DNA of 64,000 nt from Candidatus Omnitrophota bacterium (GTDB lineage: Bacteria; Omnitrophota; Gorgyraeia; Zapsychrales; Zapsychraceae), in NCBI GenBank assembly GCA_050250375.1, contig JBFWOS010000001.1:91346-155345 (forward strand). Reading direction: 5' to 3'. Position 1 is the first letter of the stretch; every line of letters begins with the position of its first letter. Made by a program: the position numbers and the translations under genes. Below are positions 20,150 through 30,892 of the stretch, in pieces. The notes beneath the pieces are model-generated. The model saw only the letters and a program-made list of their open reading frames with translations. It did no database searches and was not told the origin of the DNA.

Positions 20150-21298
20150 CTAGGAGGGTTCAGTTATGGGGAAAATCAACTTTGCCACGGCCCCGCCTTC
20201 AGGGTGATTATTAATCACGATATCGCCATCGTGAATATCCATAATGTTCCGGCAGACGGACAAACCCAAGCCAACTCCGCCTTTGGCCCGTCTGGTTGTA
20301 AAAAACGGATCGAAGATTTTATCCAAATCGGCTTCTTTGATACCATGGCCGTTGTCTTTAACCAACATACAAATCGAATGATCTTCCTGGAATGTTTCAA
20401 TCTTTAATTCGCCAAACTGTTCAACGGAGAAAACAGCATTCAGCAGCAGGTTGATAATCACTTGTTCAATACGGATGTGGTCAATCCGTAAATCCGGCAA
20501 TTTATTATCTAACTTTTTAATGACCTTAATTTCTTTTTTCTCAATCTCATGGTTGACTAAAGCCAGCGCCTTAAATACAGAATCGTTAAGACTGCAATTG
20601 TCCTTTTTTAATTCGGAAAGACCGGAATATTCCAGCAAGTCCGTTATAATTGCATTAGCACGGTCAACCGCGTCATTGATATTGTTCAGAACTATTTGGA
20701 CCTTTTCATCGTTCGCATCAATCTGTTCAGTCAGGTATTGAACCCCGTATTTGATCGCGGCCAAAGGATTTCTGACTTCATGGGCAACTCCGCTGGCCAA
20801 GGCTCCAACGACTTTCATTTTCTCCGCCTGAACCAGATGGCCCTGGGCTACTTTTAATTTTTTATAGGCCTCTAGCAACTCCGTTTCAAGCTCTTTGCGT
20901 TTTATGGCATAATGAAGCACTTTTATTAGCGTATAGCCGTTGTATTTTCCTTTGACCAGAAAATCCTGGGCGCCATAATCCAGCGCCTGGATACCGAGCT
21001 CTTCTTCATAGGCCCCGGTATTGATGACGATCGCCATCTGGGGATACAATTCATTTAAACGTTTAATGGTTTTTGTTCCCTGGTGGTCGGGAAGATTGAG
21101 ATCCAGGATGACAACATCAAATGAATCTTCCTCTAAAAACTCCAACGCACCCTTAAGAGTGTTGGTTGTCTTCATTAATTCCGTGTAGTGTTCAACCTCG
21201 GTCAGCATCGCTTCAATAACCCTGATATCGACCTGATTATCTTCGACAACAAGGATTTTTAACGGCTTTGAAAATTTAAGGGGATGATCGGAGCTCAC
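20150..21298 (-). CDS. Hybrid two-component protein: N-terminal receiver, then HisKA and HATPase_c (soluble REC-histidine kinase)
   Basis: Receiver (ILVVEDNQVD...VILDLNLPD), H-box HEVRNPLAAI, G-boxes DNGHGI and GGVGLGLSV. No TM segments. Confidence 0.85.
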   Translation of the reverse strand: MSSDHPLKFSKPLKILVVEDNQVDIRVIEAMLTEVEHYTELMKTTNTLKGALEFLEEDSFDVVILDLNLPDHQGTKTIKRLNELYPQMAIVINTGAYEEELGIQALDYGAQDFLVKGKYNGYTLIKVLHYAIKRKELETELLEAYKKLKVAQGHLVQAEKMKVVGALASGVAHEVRNPLAAIKYGVQYLTEQIDANDEKVQIVLNNINDAVDRANAIITDLLEYSGLSELKKDNCSLNDSVFKALALVNHEIEKKEIKVIKKLDNKLPDLRIDHIRIEQVIINLLLNAVFSVEQFGELKIETFQEDHSICMLVKDNGHGIKEADLDKIFDPFFTTRRAKGGVGLGLSVCRNIMDIHDGDIVINNHPEGGAVAKLIFPITEPS

Positions 21299-21927
21299 TT
21301 ATTATCCTTTCCGTTATCCAAAACCTCTTCTGAACCGGCAGAATCAATTTTCGGATTTGAGTCACTGGCTTCGACTCCGCCAGATTCATTAAAATAATTT
21401 AACGGCTCATCGTTTCCGATAAGGATTGATTGGGCAGAATGTCGTCTCGGCTGATCCGTTTCTTTTATTGGTTGCGTCCTGTCATCACTGTCTTCATTGA
21501 TAATAAGCCTTGACGGCATGACCGATCGGATCTCTTGTTGATTCGTCTTTGCTTGGGGATGCTTGATAAGACTTGACGCCTCATTCTTAGCCGGAAACAT
21601 TTCGGATTGACCCGGCGGTTTCTTTCTATTCCCAAACCAAAAGATTTCCCGATGATCCTTAACGACCTTGATCTTCAAACGGAACGGTAAGCTGGCCAGC
21701 GCCGCGTCTATTTTTTCATGATCGGTTGAATCAAATATTCCAAGACCTTGAGCATATTCCCGGGAATTCTGGTTGAACTGTTTTTGGTCCAGGGCTTCCA
21801 CTTTTTCGACGACTAAGACAGCGATCGGATCGTCTTTTTGTTGGGCATAAACCGGAAAATTCCAAAGAAAACCATACACAACAATCCCAAATGCAACGAG
21901 GCGTAAATATTTTTTTTTCAGGATCAT
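21295..21927 (-). CDS. Hypothetical secreted protein (210 aa)
   Basis: Signal peptide LVAFGIVVYGFLWNFPVYA. 4-nt overlap with the downstream REC-HK gene. Confidence 0.5.
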   Translation of the reverse strand: MILKKKYLRLVAFGIVVYGFLWNFPVYAQQKDDPIAVLVVEKVEALDQKQFNQNSREYAQGLGIFDSTDHEKIDAALASLPFRLKIKVVKDHREIFWFGNRKKPPGQSEMFPAKNEASSLIKHPQAKTNQQEIRSVMPSRLIINEDSDDRTQPIKETDQPRRHSAQSILIGNDEPLNYFNESGGVEASDSNPKIDSAGSEEVLDNGKDNK

Positions 21928-22073
21928 TTCCCTGTTTACAAAAATAGTTTGGGGTTACAAGTTGATCAAAATTCTATTGTTTATTATAAGGGAAGGAAAA
22001 TCTGAGGCAAACAAAATCTAATATTTTTCAGGATACAAATTCGTCTTGAATGGATAATAAAATCGAAGAAAAA

Positions 22074-23678
22074 CTAAAATCTGGCGGTAGCGCCGAAAGT
22101 AATAGATAGGGAATCCCAATTGACTTCATTTAGACGTTGTTTAGGAGTGCCCCCATTACTTAGAAAAAACTGGACAGTTCCTGGGTCCATTTCCCAGTCT
22201 TGGAGAACTAAACTTAATGATAACGACCACATTGAATTTATAAAATAGTCCCCGCCCCCCTCAAACACAATCCCACGTCCCTTATCCGAAATCATTTCAA
22301 AACTTCTCGGATTGACGAAATCATCCCTTAAATTCCAAGTGCCGTCGCCCACATAATCCGCGAAGTGATACTCAAAACGACCAAAACCACGCAACTTATT
22401 TTTTCGAGTTCTTCCAGACAACTCTAACCCGACCCACGGGCCATCCCATTGTGACCTGTAACGACTATCCAGTCCTGGAAAGGGTCCAAAATCCGGTATT
22501 GTCTGATTTCCATCCTGTATGACAAAGTCTTGTTTGTGCCTTGAATACCCGCCTAAAAATGTGACGGTCAATTTATCGACAAGAAAAATCGGGTCCGGGT
22601 TATCAACATAAAAACGCAAACCTCCGGCCAAAGAATAATCCCAGACATAACCATCATCGGACGAATTATTCGAACGGGAAAATTCGTCCGTACGATTGTC
22701 TCCATCATAATCAGAATCCTGATTATCTCCCTTAATAATAGAACCATACCCCGCTTTGGCATCAACCACAAAATGATTCAATAATATAAAATCAAATTTG
22801 GCTTTTGCTTCTACCATTTGTATATCCGACCAAGTTAATTCTGATATAATGTTTGGTGTGGCCGTTCCGGTCAGATCAGACGCAATATTAAAATCCAAAT
22901 CATCAACGCGGTAACCGATCGTCACCCGGGTATTTGTTTCTATCCCCGGTATACCCACCTTCTGGTCTTCCGATTTATAATTTAAATTGATTGATGGGAC
23001 CGCATTTTCCTTAAATGGGTACTGGTCATTTGTAACTTCAGCCATTTCGGCCCGTTCCAAATCTTCCAGGGTAACCGTTTTAATACTCGTATTATTGTCA
23101 GCGAACCGCTTAAAATTTCGATCAACATTGTCATAATTATAATAATTATGGGCATCCTTAATATGTTCAGCTGGTTCAGCCTGAAACACATTTTCTGATT
23201 TTTGGACAGATGATTTGTTTCCAAATATAGATGCTGCGGAATCTTTAACGGCCTCATCAGACAAAGCCACTTCAAATATTTCCCTTTTGGGAGTCTTAAC
23301 AACCGTTTGCCCGTCTCCATAAACGTATATGGGATCATCCAGTTCCACAAAACTGCTTGCAGTCAACTCATTATCGGTTTTGAACGCTGATTTCTTTTTA
23401 GGTGAAGATTTTGCAGTTTTCTCAATATATGGATTTGGTGCTTTTGGAGGAATATTGATTACTTTAGCTTGAGGAACGCGTTTTACAGGTTCAATGTCTT
23501 CATCCGTGGCTTCGGAGATAGAAACAAACCCCATTTTTTTTATACGTTCTTCCTGATCATTCTCAGCAGACCAAGATCCGGTAGCAGTAAAAAAAACAGC
23601 CAAAATGACTGTCATTTTGACAATAAAATACTTACACAGATTATTCATATTGAACATAGGGATATTGTGCCATTTCAA
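22074..23678 (-). CDS. Putative outer-membrane beta-barrel protein. The true start may be the internal MTVILAVFF.
   Basis: Signal peptide, alternating amphipathic beta-strand-like C-terminal half, C-terminal ...GATARF (terminal Phe typical of OMPs). Confidence 0.5.
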   Translation of the reverse strand: MKWHNIPMFNMNNLCKYFIVKMTVILAVFFTATGSWSAENDQEERIKKMGFVSISEATDEDIEPVKRVPQAKVINIPPKAPNPYIEKTAKSSPKKKSAFKTDNELTASSFVELDDPIYVYGDGQTVVKTPKREIFEVALSDEAVKDSAASIFGNKSSVQKSENVFQAEPAEHIKDAHNYYNYDNVDRNFKRFADNNTSIKTVTLEDLERAEMAEVTNDQYPFKENAVPSINLNYKSEDQKVGIPGIETNTRVTIGYRVDDLDFNIASDLTGTATPNIISELTWSDIQMVEAKAKFDFILLNHFVVDAKAGYGSIIKGDNQDSDYDGDNRTDEFSRSNNSSDDGYVWDYSLAGGLRFYVDNPDPIFLVDKLTVTFLGGYSRHKQDFVIQDGNQTIPDFGPFPGLDSRYRSQWDGPWVGLELSGRTRKNKLRGFGRFEYHFADYVGDGTWNLRDDFVNPRSFEMISDKGRGIVFEGGGDYFINSMWSLSLSLVLQDWEMDPGTVQFFLSNGGTPKQRLNEVNWDSLSITFGATARF

Positions 23679-23768
23679 AAGACGTTTGTCAATATGACAG
23701 ATTAGTACTTAATAGGACAAAAAAAATACCAAAAATTGCATAACTTTCCTGAAAGCAACATCTTATGA

Positions 23769-24197
23769 CTACCCGTGCAAATGATCATTCATCAAATTAT
23801 TATGACTGGCGATCACGAACCAGTGTTTTTCGCCCCTCTGCCAGGTCATTGTATACCTTCTAATGACATGTTTTATGCCGCGCTCACTCTTCTCGATCGT
23901 AAAAATAAAATATTGAACGATCGCAATATGACCATGAAGTTTTATATTAATGGGTTTTAATTCACAGATAATAATATCGGTCGACTGTGTCCAAAAACCC
24001 ACCCATTTTTCCAGCCAGGGCCGGTCAACCGGCAATGGACTCTCATGACCATAACCGATCATATCCAGATGAATATATTCTATAAATTCATCAACCCGCT
24101 TTGTGATCAATAGTTCCCAATGATCTTCAAGGGATTTCCACACCGCGTTTTGATCGGCATTCCAGTCGGTTGGTTTATTGGAGGTCAATTTTGACAT
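23769..24197 (-). CDS. Hypothetical protein, possibly NTF2/SnoaL-like fold
   Basis: 142 aa. W-rich alpha+beta pattern. No catalytic motif recognised. Confidence 0.4.
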   Translation of the reverse strand: MSKLTSNKPTDWNADQNAVWKSLEDHWELLITKRVDEFIEYIHLDMIGYGHESPLPVDRPWLEKWVGFWTQSTDIIICELKPINIKLHGHIAIVQYFIFTIEKSERGIKHVIRRYTMTWQRGEKHWFVIASHNNLMNDHLHG

Positions 24198-24255
24198 TTA
24201 GAATTCTCCTTATTAATTCAAATTAGCGATTAAACAAATCTTACGGGATTCCCCT

Positions 24256-24741
24256 TTATTTGTCAATTCCATCAAACGAATAGACCGCCTGCTTTAACTG
24301 CTGGTCCCAATGGTGTAATTTAGGAAAATAGAAACCAAACGAAATTAAGGACAAAAAACCAAACCCGTAATAATCATTGATATTTTTTGTCATCAAAGTC
24401 AGGACTAGGCCCAAGATCCCGATCGACTCGCACATCCCAAAGGTGATCATAGAACTTGTTTGTAAATGCTTCAACATTTCCTGCAGGGTGAACTCTCTTT
24501 TCCTGGAATTCCGAGAAACGATCCGGCGCATTAACCCGATGGAGATCAGAATAGAAATTCCAACAACCCAAAAAACCTGCCGGATGACCTCGGCATGATC
24601 AAAAACAGGCTGGCCGTCCGCTGAACGCGAAAGCAGGTAATAGGCAATCCCACCATAAATAATCACACTAAAGGATGTGGAATAACCGATGACGCTGGTT
24701 GAACGGTAAACGTCGTTTAACTCATCCTCATAATTTTCCAT
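24256..24741 (-). CDS. Hypothetical integral membrane protein (about 4 TM)
   Basis: Four hydrophobic stretches of 20+ residues. Confidence 0.5.
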   Translation of the reverse strand: MENYEDELNDVYRSTSVIGYSTSFSVIIYGGIAYYLLSRSADGQPVFDHAEVIRQVFWVVGISILISIGLMRRIVSRNSRKREFTLQEMLKHLQTSSMITFGMCESIGILGLVLTLMTKNINDYYGFGFLSLISFGFYFPKLHHWDQQLKQAVYSFDGIDK

Positions 24742-24746
24742 GGACT

Positions 24747-25133
24747 TTATCGACCGGTAATTTTCCGGGCCATGCTTGAAAGCTGCTCCGGCGTCGCTGT
24801 CTTGGCCTTGGCAAAATTGAGATCTCCCACTGAATTGATCGGCACAAGATGAATATGCGCATGCGGGACCTCAAGCCCGGCCACCATGATTCCTATCCGT
24901 TTACAATCCACCGCTTTTTCGATCATGCCCGCGATTTTCTTGGCAAAAATAAACGCGCCGCCCAGCAGATCATCGTCAACGGTGAAAATATAATCAATTT
25001 CCTTCTTGGGAATAACCAGGGTATGCCCCGGATTGATCGGCCTGATATCCAAAAAGGCCAAATATCTGTCATTTTCAAGTATTTTATGACAGGGAATTTC
25101 CCCGTTTATAATCTTAGTAAACAATGTCGCCAT
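24747..25133 (-). CDS. HIT-family nucleotide hydrolase/transferase (HinT-like)
   Basis: Histidine triad HAHIHLV near the C-terminus. 128 aa. Confidence 0.85.
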   Translation of the reverse strand: MATLFTKIINGEIPCHKILENDRYLAFLDIRPINPGHTLVIPKKEIDYIFTVDDDLLGGAFIFAKKIAGMIEKAVDCKRIGIMVAGLEVPHAHIHLVPINSVGDLNFAKAKTATPEQLSSMARKITGR

Positions 25134-25151
25134 AATATTTTCTCCTGTTTC

Positions 25152-25928
25152 TCACTCTTTAGACTGATATTCAGGCATCTGTCCGTTTAATGCGTTTTCA
25201 ACCAGATGTTTGATATCCTGGCTGAAATTAGCGGACAAAATCCATTCAAGATACCCGCGGTCTTTTTTCACGACTTCTTCCAGAGAGTACCTCTTGGCAT
25301 ATTTACCGAACATCATGTATAACTTCCCGTTCCACCAGCGGAATTTTCTTTCCGTATCATAAAATTCATCGGAACTCTGATAGTCAAAGGCTAAAAGCGA
25401 ATCAATGGATCCGTCACCGTATTTGTTTGACTGCATCTGAAGAATTTCAAGGGTCGCGTTGGTGTCGGCCAAGGCCGTATGCGCGTTCTCGAGTGTTTTC
25501 TGGCAATAAAATTGATACGCGGCGGAAAGATCACGTTTTTCATTCAGATGGTACACCTTTTGAGCGTCGTATATTTTCCTCTGCTCAAAATCAAAACTGA
25601 GTCCCGATTCAATAAACTCCCTTCTCAGCAAAGGCAAATCAAATCGCTCCACATTAAATCCTCCAAAATCGGCATCCCCGATGAAAGCAAGAACCTCTTG
25701 AGCCACATCTTTAAATTGCGGCTGCCCCTTGACATCCTCATTTGAAATCCCTGTCAGCGCGGTGACGGCCGGAGGTATCGGCATCCCTGGATTAATCTTT
25801 CGCACATATTGTTCTTTATTTCCGTCAAGCAGGCATTTAACCAGGGCAATTTCAATAATTCGGTCCTTTTCCACCCAAGTCCCGGTCGTCTCCAGATCCA
25901 TAATAATAACTGTATTTGATAAATTCAT
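25152..25928 (-). CDS. DEDDh 3'-5' exonuclease (DnaQ/epsilon-like domain) with a C-terminal extension
   Basis: Exo I motif MDLETTG, downstream Exo II/III motifs (HTALADT). Confidence 0.78.
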   Translation of the reverse strand: MNLSNTVIIMDLETTGTWVEKDRIIEIALVKCLLDGNKEQYVRKINPGMPIPPAVTALTGISNEDVKGQPQFKDVAQEVLAFIGDADFGGFNVERFDLPLLRREFIESGLSFDFEQRKIYDAQKVYHLNEKRDLSAAYQFYCQKTLENAHTALADTNATLEILQMQSNKYGDGSIDSLLAFDYQSSDEFYDTERKFRWWNGKLYMMFGKYAKRYSLEEVVKKDRGYLEWILSANFSQDIKHLVENALNGQMPEYQSKE

Positions 25929-26039
25929 ACGTACCTTTCTATAGGGGTAACACTGTTTTACAAATTAATGCTGCAAATGAATTGACAGCCGTTCAATCTG
26001 TCGTTATAGTCAACTAAAATTAAACCGCATGATAATTCT

Positions 26040-26885
26040 ATGGCAAAAATAATCTGTAACTATATTCTTATTTTATTTTTGTTTGCGATTGCCGGTTGCA
26101 GCTTGGCCAAATATGGCATCAATTACAGCCAAACAAGTATTCCGCGCTTTGCGGATTATTCTGTCACTAAAAATAACCCGCCTGAAGATGAACGGATCAA
26201 AGTTGTAAGTTACAATATCCGTTTCTCCAAAAAAATCGAAAAAGCTGTTAATATTTTAAATCAAAACAAAGATTTAAAAGATGCCGATATAATTCTTCTG
26301 CAGGAGATGGATGAAACAGGGGTTGAAAAAATAGCCAAGGAATTGAATTACAACTACGTTTATTACCCTGCCGTATTCCACCCCATACCAAAACAAAATT
26401 TCGGGAATGCTATCCTGTCCAAATGGCCGATCTTGAATGACAGTAAAATAATCCTTTCGGATGACAGCGATGAAAAACTGCAAAGGATCGCGGCCAGTGC
26501 AACCCTCGATATCAACGGAAAAAAAATGATGGTTTTCTCCGTCCATATGCGGATTTCAATTAAACCATTTATCCGATCTATCCAGACAGCCCGTATCATC
26601 CGGTCAATACCGGATGATATCGATTATTGTATCGTCGCTGGTGACTTCAATACGTTTACCCAGATGGGATACTTTGCCGTATTAAACCCATTTGAAAAAA
26701 ACGGATTTACGCTGGCAACAAAAGAAATCGGCTGGACTTACAAACACTGGTATACCGTAAACAAAAAGTTCTCCCTAGACCATATATTCAGTAAAGGGAT
26801 GAAAACGATCAACTACGGAAAAGTTAATAACCATTCAGCTAGCGACCATATTCCAATCTGGGCTGATTTTTCTTTAGTCAAATAA
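26040..26885 (+). CDS. Endonuclease/exonuclease/phosphatase (EEP) family lipoprotein
   Basis: Lipobox LFAIAGCS. EEP motifs (LLQEMDE, AGDFN, SDH). Confidence 0.72.
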   Translation: MAKIICNYILILFLFAIAGCSLAKYGINYSQTSIPRFADYSVTKNNPPEDERIKVVSYNIRFSKKIEKAVNILNQNKDLKDADIILLQEMDETGVEKIAKELNYNYVYYPAVFHPIPKQNFGNAILSKWPILNDSKIILSDDSDEKLQRIAASATLDINGKKMMVFSVHMRISIKPFIRSIQTARIIRSIPDDIDYCIVAGDFNTFTQMGYFAVLNPFEKNGFTLATKEIGWTYKHWYTVNKKFSLDHIFSKGMKTINYGKVNNHSASDHIPIWADFSLVK

Positions 26886-26889
26886 AGAT

Positions 26890-27090
26890 TTAGGCTTTAA
26901 CAACGTTTGCGGCTTGCTCGCCTTTCGGGCCTTCAATGATCTCAAACTCTACTTCCTGCCCTTCCTCAAGCATTTTGTAGCCGTCTCCCTGAATCGCAGA
27001 AAAATGAACAAAGACATCTTTTCCTGATTCCGGTGTAATAAATCCGTACCCTTTTTGGTTGCTGAACCATTTGACTTTTCCTTTTACCAT
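26890..27090 (-). CDS. cspA: Cold-shock protein
   Basis: [18 protein letters not shown] with RNP1/RNP2 motifs. Two adjacent ATGs; the second has the better SD spacing. Confidence 0.9.
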   Translation of the reverse strand: MVKGKVKWFSNQKGYGFITPESGKDVFVHFSAIQGDGYKMLEEGQEVEFEIIEGPKGEQAANVVKA

Positions 27091-28595
27091 CATGAACTCC
27101 TTAGTTGTTGTAGTGTTTTCCTCAATAAATCGAACTGGAACGTTTTCACTACAAAATCATCCGCTCCAGCCGACTTTGCATCTTGCAAATCATTGGGTTG
27201 CAGGGTCGAAGTGACCATAATTATCTTGGTCGTAAAATCTGGGATAGCCTTGATCTTTTTGCACAAATCGAAACTATCCACATCCGGAAAAAATGTATCC
27301 AGAATAATCAGCACCGGTTTTTCGGCCACGACCTTGTTATAGGCCTCCGAACCTTTGGACACAAACCCCAGGTTGACATACCCCAGATCTTTAAAAACTT
27401 TCGCCATGCCGATTTTGTCCTTTTCACTGCGATCAATCAATAAGACTTTATCCATGATCATTTCTGTTTGATCAGTTTCTTTATCGGCCCCTTTTGCCTT
27501 GGCCATGGCTGATTTCCTGATATTGGAAAACGGTGCGTCTTCACCAAACTTCAACGAATTCGGATATTTTGCATAATCATAAGCCGTTTCCTTCGAAATA
27601 ACTTCCTGAATAACTAAATCTGAAAGGCAACGCTCAAAGGTATGCGTGTCGGAATCTTCTTCGGAATCAAGCTGTCCTCTCAGCTCAAGAAATGCTCCGC
27701 GACGAATTAAGTTCCGGATGGATATCGTCGTTAACAATAGTTCAGTCGCCAGGATCCGTTCGGTTGAATTTTTTCGCGGGATCAAGGTCTGCGAGCAGAT
27801 CCCGATTAGGTTTCCGGCTAATTGGGCAGAAACCTGTTCACGATAACCGGAAGGATAAACGTCAATAATCCGGTTTAAGGTCTCCACCGCATCCGGGGCG
27901 TGCACCGTGGTTAACACCAAATGCCCGGTTTCAGCGGCAGTCAGAGCCATCGAGATGGCTTCATAATCACGGATTTCTCCAATAACAATAACATCCGGAT
28001 CCTGACGCAGGGAATATTTCAAAGCGCTGGCGAAAGTAGGCGTGTCAGCACCGACTTCCCGCTGGATGATCAGGCTTTTTTTCGATTTATGGGTATACTC
28101 AATCGGGTCTTCAATCGTGACAATCTTGCATTTTTCCGTGTTATTGATCATGTTGATGATATACGTTAACGTCGTACTTTTACCGCTTCCTGATGCTCCT
28201 GAAACAATAAACAAACCTTTCTTGTGATTCGCAATATCTTTAAGGGGCTCGGGTAAACCAAAACGCAAGATTGTGTCTATATTGAGAGGTGTAACACGAA
28301 TGGTCGAAGCCATATGCCCTTTTTCAAAATGGACATTGACCCGGAATTGATAATCACTGCGGTAAGCGTAGGAACTGTCCAGTTCCCGCTCCTGAACAAA
28401 CTTTTGCTGCTGCCTTTCTGTGAGCATCTGAAAAACCAGGCTCTTAATCATATCGTCGTTGAGAACCTCTTCTCCCAAGGCCTCCAAATCACCGTGGATC
28501 CGGAGTATCGGCGGGTTACCAACAACAAGATGCAGATCTGAAGCGCTCTTCAGAATAGCCGTTTCTAATAAATCGTCAATTTTCTTGAATTCCAT
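27090..28595 (-). CDS. PilT-type pilus retraction ATPase fused to a C-terminal receiver domain
   Basis: PilT N-terminus ([13 protein letters not shown]), Walker [12 protein letters not shown]. The last ~130 aa form a receiver (LLIDRSEKD...ILDTFFPD...VVKT). Confidence 0.85.
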   Translation of the reverse strand: MEFKKIDDLLETAILKSASDLHLVVGNPPILRIHGDLEALGEEVLNDDMIKSLVFQMLTERQQQKFVQERELDSSYAYRSDYQFRVNVHFEKGHMASTIRVTPLNIDTILRFGLPEPLKDIANHKKGLFIVSGASGSGKSTTLTYIINMINNTEKCKIVTIEDPIEYTHKSKKSLIIQREVGADTPTFASALKYSLRQDPDVIVIGEIRDYEAISMALTAAETGHLVLTTVHAPDAVETLNRIIDVYPSGYREQVSAQLAGNLIGICSQTLIPRKNSTERILATELLLTTISIRNLIRRGAFLELRGQLDSEEDSDTHTFERCLSDLVIQEVISKETAYDYAKYPNSLKFGEDAPFSNIRKSAMAKAKGADKETDQTEMIMDKVLLIDRSEKDKIGMAKVFKDLGYVNLGFVSKGSEAYNKVVAEKPVLIILDTFFPDVDSFDLCKKIKAIPDFTTKIIMVTSTLQPNDLQDAKSAGADDFVVKTFQFDLLRKTLQQLRSS

Positions 28596-28718
28596 AATAA
28601 CTGTTTAATATACCATATAATTATTTTAAAAAAAATACATCATTAATATTTAAAAAAACCGGCCTTGATCATTTTCTACTCTTTTAGTATACTCATGTAA
28701 TTATTTTTACAAAAATTT

Positions 28719-29345
28719 ATGAAAAAACAAATCCTCTTATTCGACTTTGACGGCACGATCGCCGATACATTTCTGCAGATTGTCGCTATCAGCAACCGGC
28801 TTTCCAAAGAGTTCAATTTCAACCTGATCCATACGCATGAGGTTGAAATCTTAAAAAACAACTCTGTTGAGGAAACCATTCAGTATCTCAACGTCCCGAA
28901 AATCAAGATCCCGAAAATTCTCTTACGCGCCAGGGCTGAACTTCACAAAGACATCAAAACAATTAAACCGGTCAAAGATCTCGCTGAAATCCTTTTAGAA
29001 CTGAAGTCACAAGGATTTTACATGGGGATCATCACCACCAATTCCGTCAAGAACGTAAAAGAATTTTTAAGAACCCACCAGCTCGATATTTTCGATTTTA
29101 TCAGTTCGACATCCAAGATCTTCGGCAAAAGCCACTCCCTCAAAATGCTGATCAAAAAGAAAAACTTCAAGATTGAACAGGCCTATTATATCGGGGACGA
29201 AATCAGAGATATCCAGGCGGCCCAGAAAGCCGGCATAAAAATGGTGGCCGTCACGTGGGGTTTTAATTCCAAAAAGGTTTTAAAACAACATGCGCCTGAT
29301 TACCTGATCAACACCCCGGTTGAACTGATTAAAATCTGCCAATAA
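28719..29345 (+). CDS. HAD-superfamily phosphatase (phosphoglycolate-phosphatase-like)
   Basis: ILLFDFDGTIADT motif I. IGD and IRD motifs later. Confidence 0.8.
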   Translation: MKKQILLFDFDGTIADTFLQIVAISNRLSKEFNFNLIHTHEVEILKNNSVEETIQYLNVPKIKIPKILLRARAELHKDIKTIKPVKDLAEILLELKSQGFYMGIITTNSVKNVKEFLRTHQLDIFDFISSTSKIFGKSHSLKMLIKKKNFKIEQAYYIGDEIRDIQAAQKAGIKMVAVTWGFNSKKVLKQHAPDYLINTPVELIKICQ

Positions 29346-29368
29346 TTTAAAAGAACAAATGCGGATAA

Positions 29369-30010
29369 TTACGCCGCTTTTTTCTGATCGCGCTTGATGA
29401 GCATAATGCTGTCTGCCATTGTCTTGATCAAAAATTTATAATCATCCCAGTCATCAATCGGACTGACGGCAAACAAAGCGCCAAACAATCCGCCGTCGTG
29501 AATAAAAAAATAGTCCAGGACTCTGCGCTGCGGTTCGCTTCGGGAAAAGGCCCTGACGACAATCGAATCCTGCCCGTTGGTTTTAGTCAATTCCTGTTTA
29601 AACCCTGTCCTGTATAAATTTCTTTTAACCAATTCTTCCTTGTTTAACTGGGTCAAAAAACTCACATTGGAATCAATTTTTGCGAAAGTCGCCGTCACCA
29701 GGGGCTGTGAGGAAATCACCACCATGAGCGCCCCTTCCGATATATGATATTCCCAGGCAGGGTTACAAAGAAATTCGATGGATAACACCTTATCATTACA
29801 GGATTCCAATCCATATTTCTGAATAATGTCGGTCTGATTGTATTGGGTAACTGCTTCGGCGGGTTTTAAACACTGGAATTGGGTAAAAAAACTGACTGAA
29901 ATCAATAAAATTCGAAATAATAAGGACCGTCCCACAGGTGCGGGTCTTGGAACCGTTATTGCTGAATTAATTTTCAACTTAAAATCTTGATGACTTAATT
30001 GCTCAACCAT
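29369..30010 (-). CDS. Hypothetical secreted protein (213 aa)
   Basis: N-terminal hydrophobic segment. No recognised motif. Confidence 0.45.
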   Translation of the reverse strand: MVEQLSHQDFKLKINSAITVPRPAPVGRSLLFRILLISVSFFTQFQCLKPAEAVTQYNQTDIIQKYGLESCNDKVLSIEFLCNPAWEYHISEGALMVVISSQPLVTATFAKIDSNVSFLTQLNKEELVKRNLYRTGFKQELTKTNGQDSIVVRAFSRSEPQRRVLDYFFIHDGGLFGALFAVSPIDDWDDYKFLIKTMADSIMLIKRDQKKAA

Positions 30011-30126
30011 GATCCTGCCTTAAATCTGTTCCAACTAAATTCGTCATAAGTATACCACATAAGTTTTCCGATATCCAAGAAATGAATTTATAAACTTATT
30101 AAACTTAATATATATTTAAGATGTAC

Positions 30127-30882
30127 TTACTTTACCGTGAGTTCAACCGGACAGTGGTCTGAACCGATGACATCCTTTAGAATTTTTGAAGATATGACCC
30201 TGCGGCTAAACCCGCCGGACACACAAAAATAATCGATCCGCCATCCAATATTGCGCGCCCGGCAATTGTTCATCGGGCTCCACCATGTATAATGCCCGCC
30301 TTCTTTCGTAAATAGCCGAAAGGTATCCACGAACCCCGCCTTGATCATATTTTCGAAACCTGAACGTTCCTGCGGAGTAAAGCCATGATTTTTGACATTA
30401 CCCTTCGGGTTCGTAAGATCGAGCTCTGTGTGCGCGACGTTCAAATCTCCGCAAAAAATGACCGGTCTTTTCTTTTCCAGTTTTTTTAAATATTTCAAAA
30501 AATCAACATCCCATTCCTTCACTCGGTAATCAAGCCGTTCCAGTTCCCTTTTCGAATTAGGGACATAAACATTAACGAGAAAAAACTCAGAAAATTCAAC
30601 CGTGATCACCCTTCCTTCATGATCGTGTTTATCAATTCCTACTCCATACGTGACCTTTAAAGGTTTACGTTGGGTAAAGACCGCTGTTCCCGAGTACCCG
30701 GCTTTTTCGGCATCGTACCAGAATTGTTCATACCCTTTAAGGCTTAAGTCCGGCCGGTCTTTGGGAGATTTGGTTTCCTGCAGGCAGATTATATCCGCTC
30801 CTGCTTTCTCAATAAAACTGACCAGACCTTTGCCGATCGCCGATTTTATCCCGTTCACATTAAATGAAATTATTTTGATCAT
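30127..30882 (-). CDS. xthA: Exodeoxyribonuclease III
   Basis: MIKIISFNVNGI...ICLQETK. Exo III/APE family signatures throughout. Confidence 0.9.
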   Translation of the reverse strand: MIKIISFNVNGIKSAIGKGLVSFIEKAGADIICLQETKSPKDRPDLSLKGYEQFWYDAEKAGYSGTAVFTQRKPLKVTYGVGIDKHDHEGRVITVEFSEFFLVNVYVPNSKRELERLDYRVKEWDVDFLKYLKKLEKKRPVIFCGDLNVAHTELDLTNPKGNVKNHGFTPQERSGFENMIKAGFVDTFRLFTKEGGHYTWWSPMNNCRARNIGWRIDYFCVSGGFSRRVISSKILKDVIGSDHCPVELTVK

Positions 30883-30892
30883 GGCGAATATC

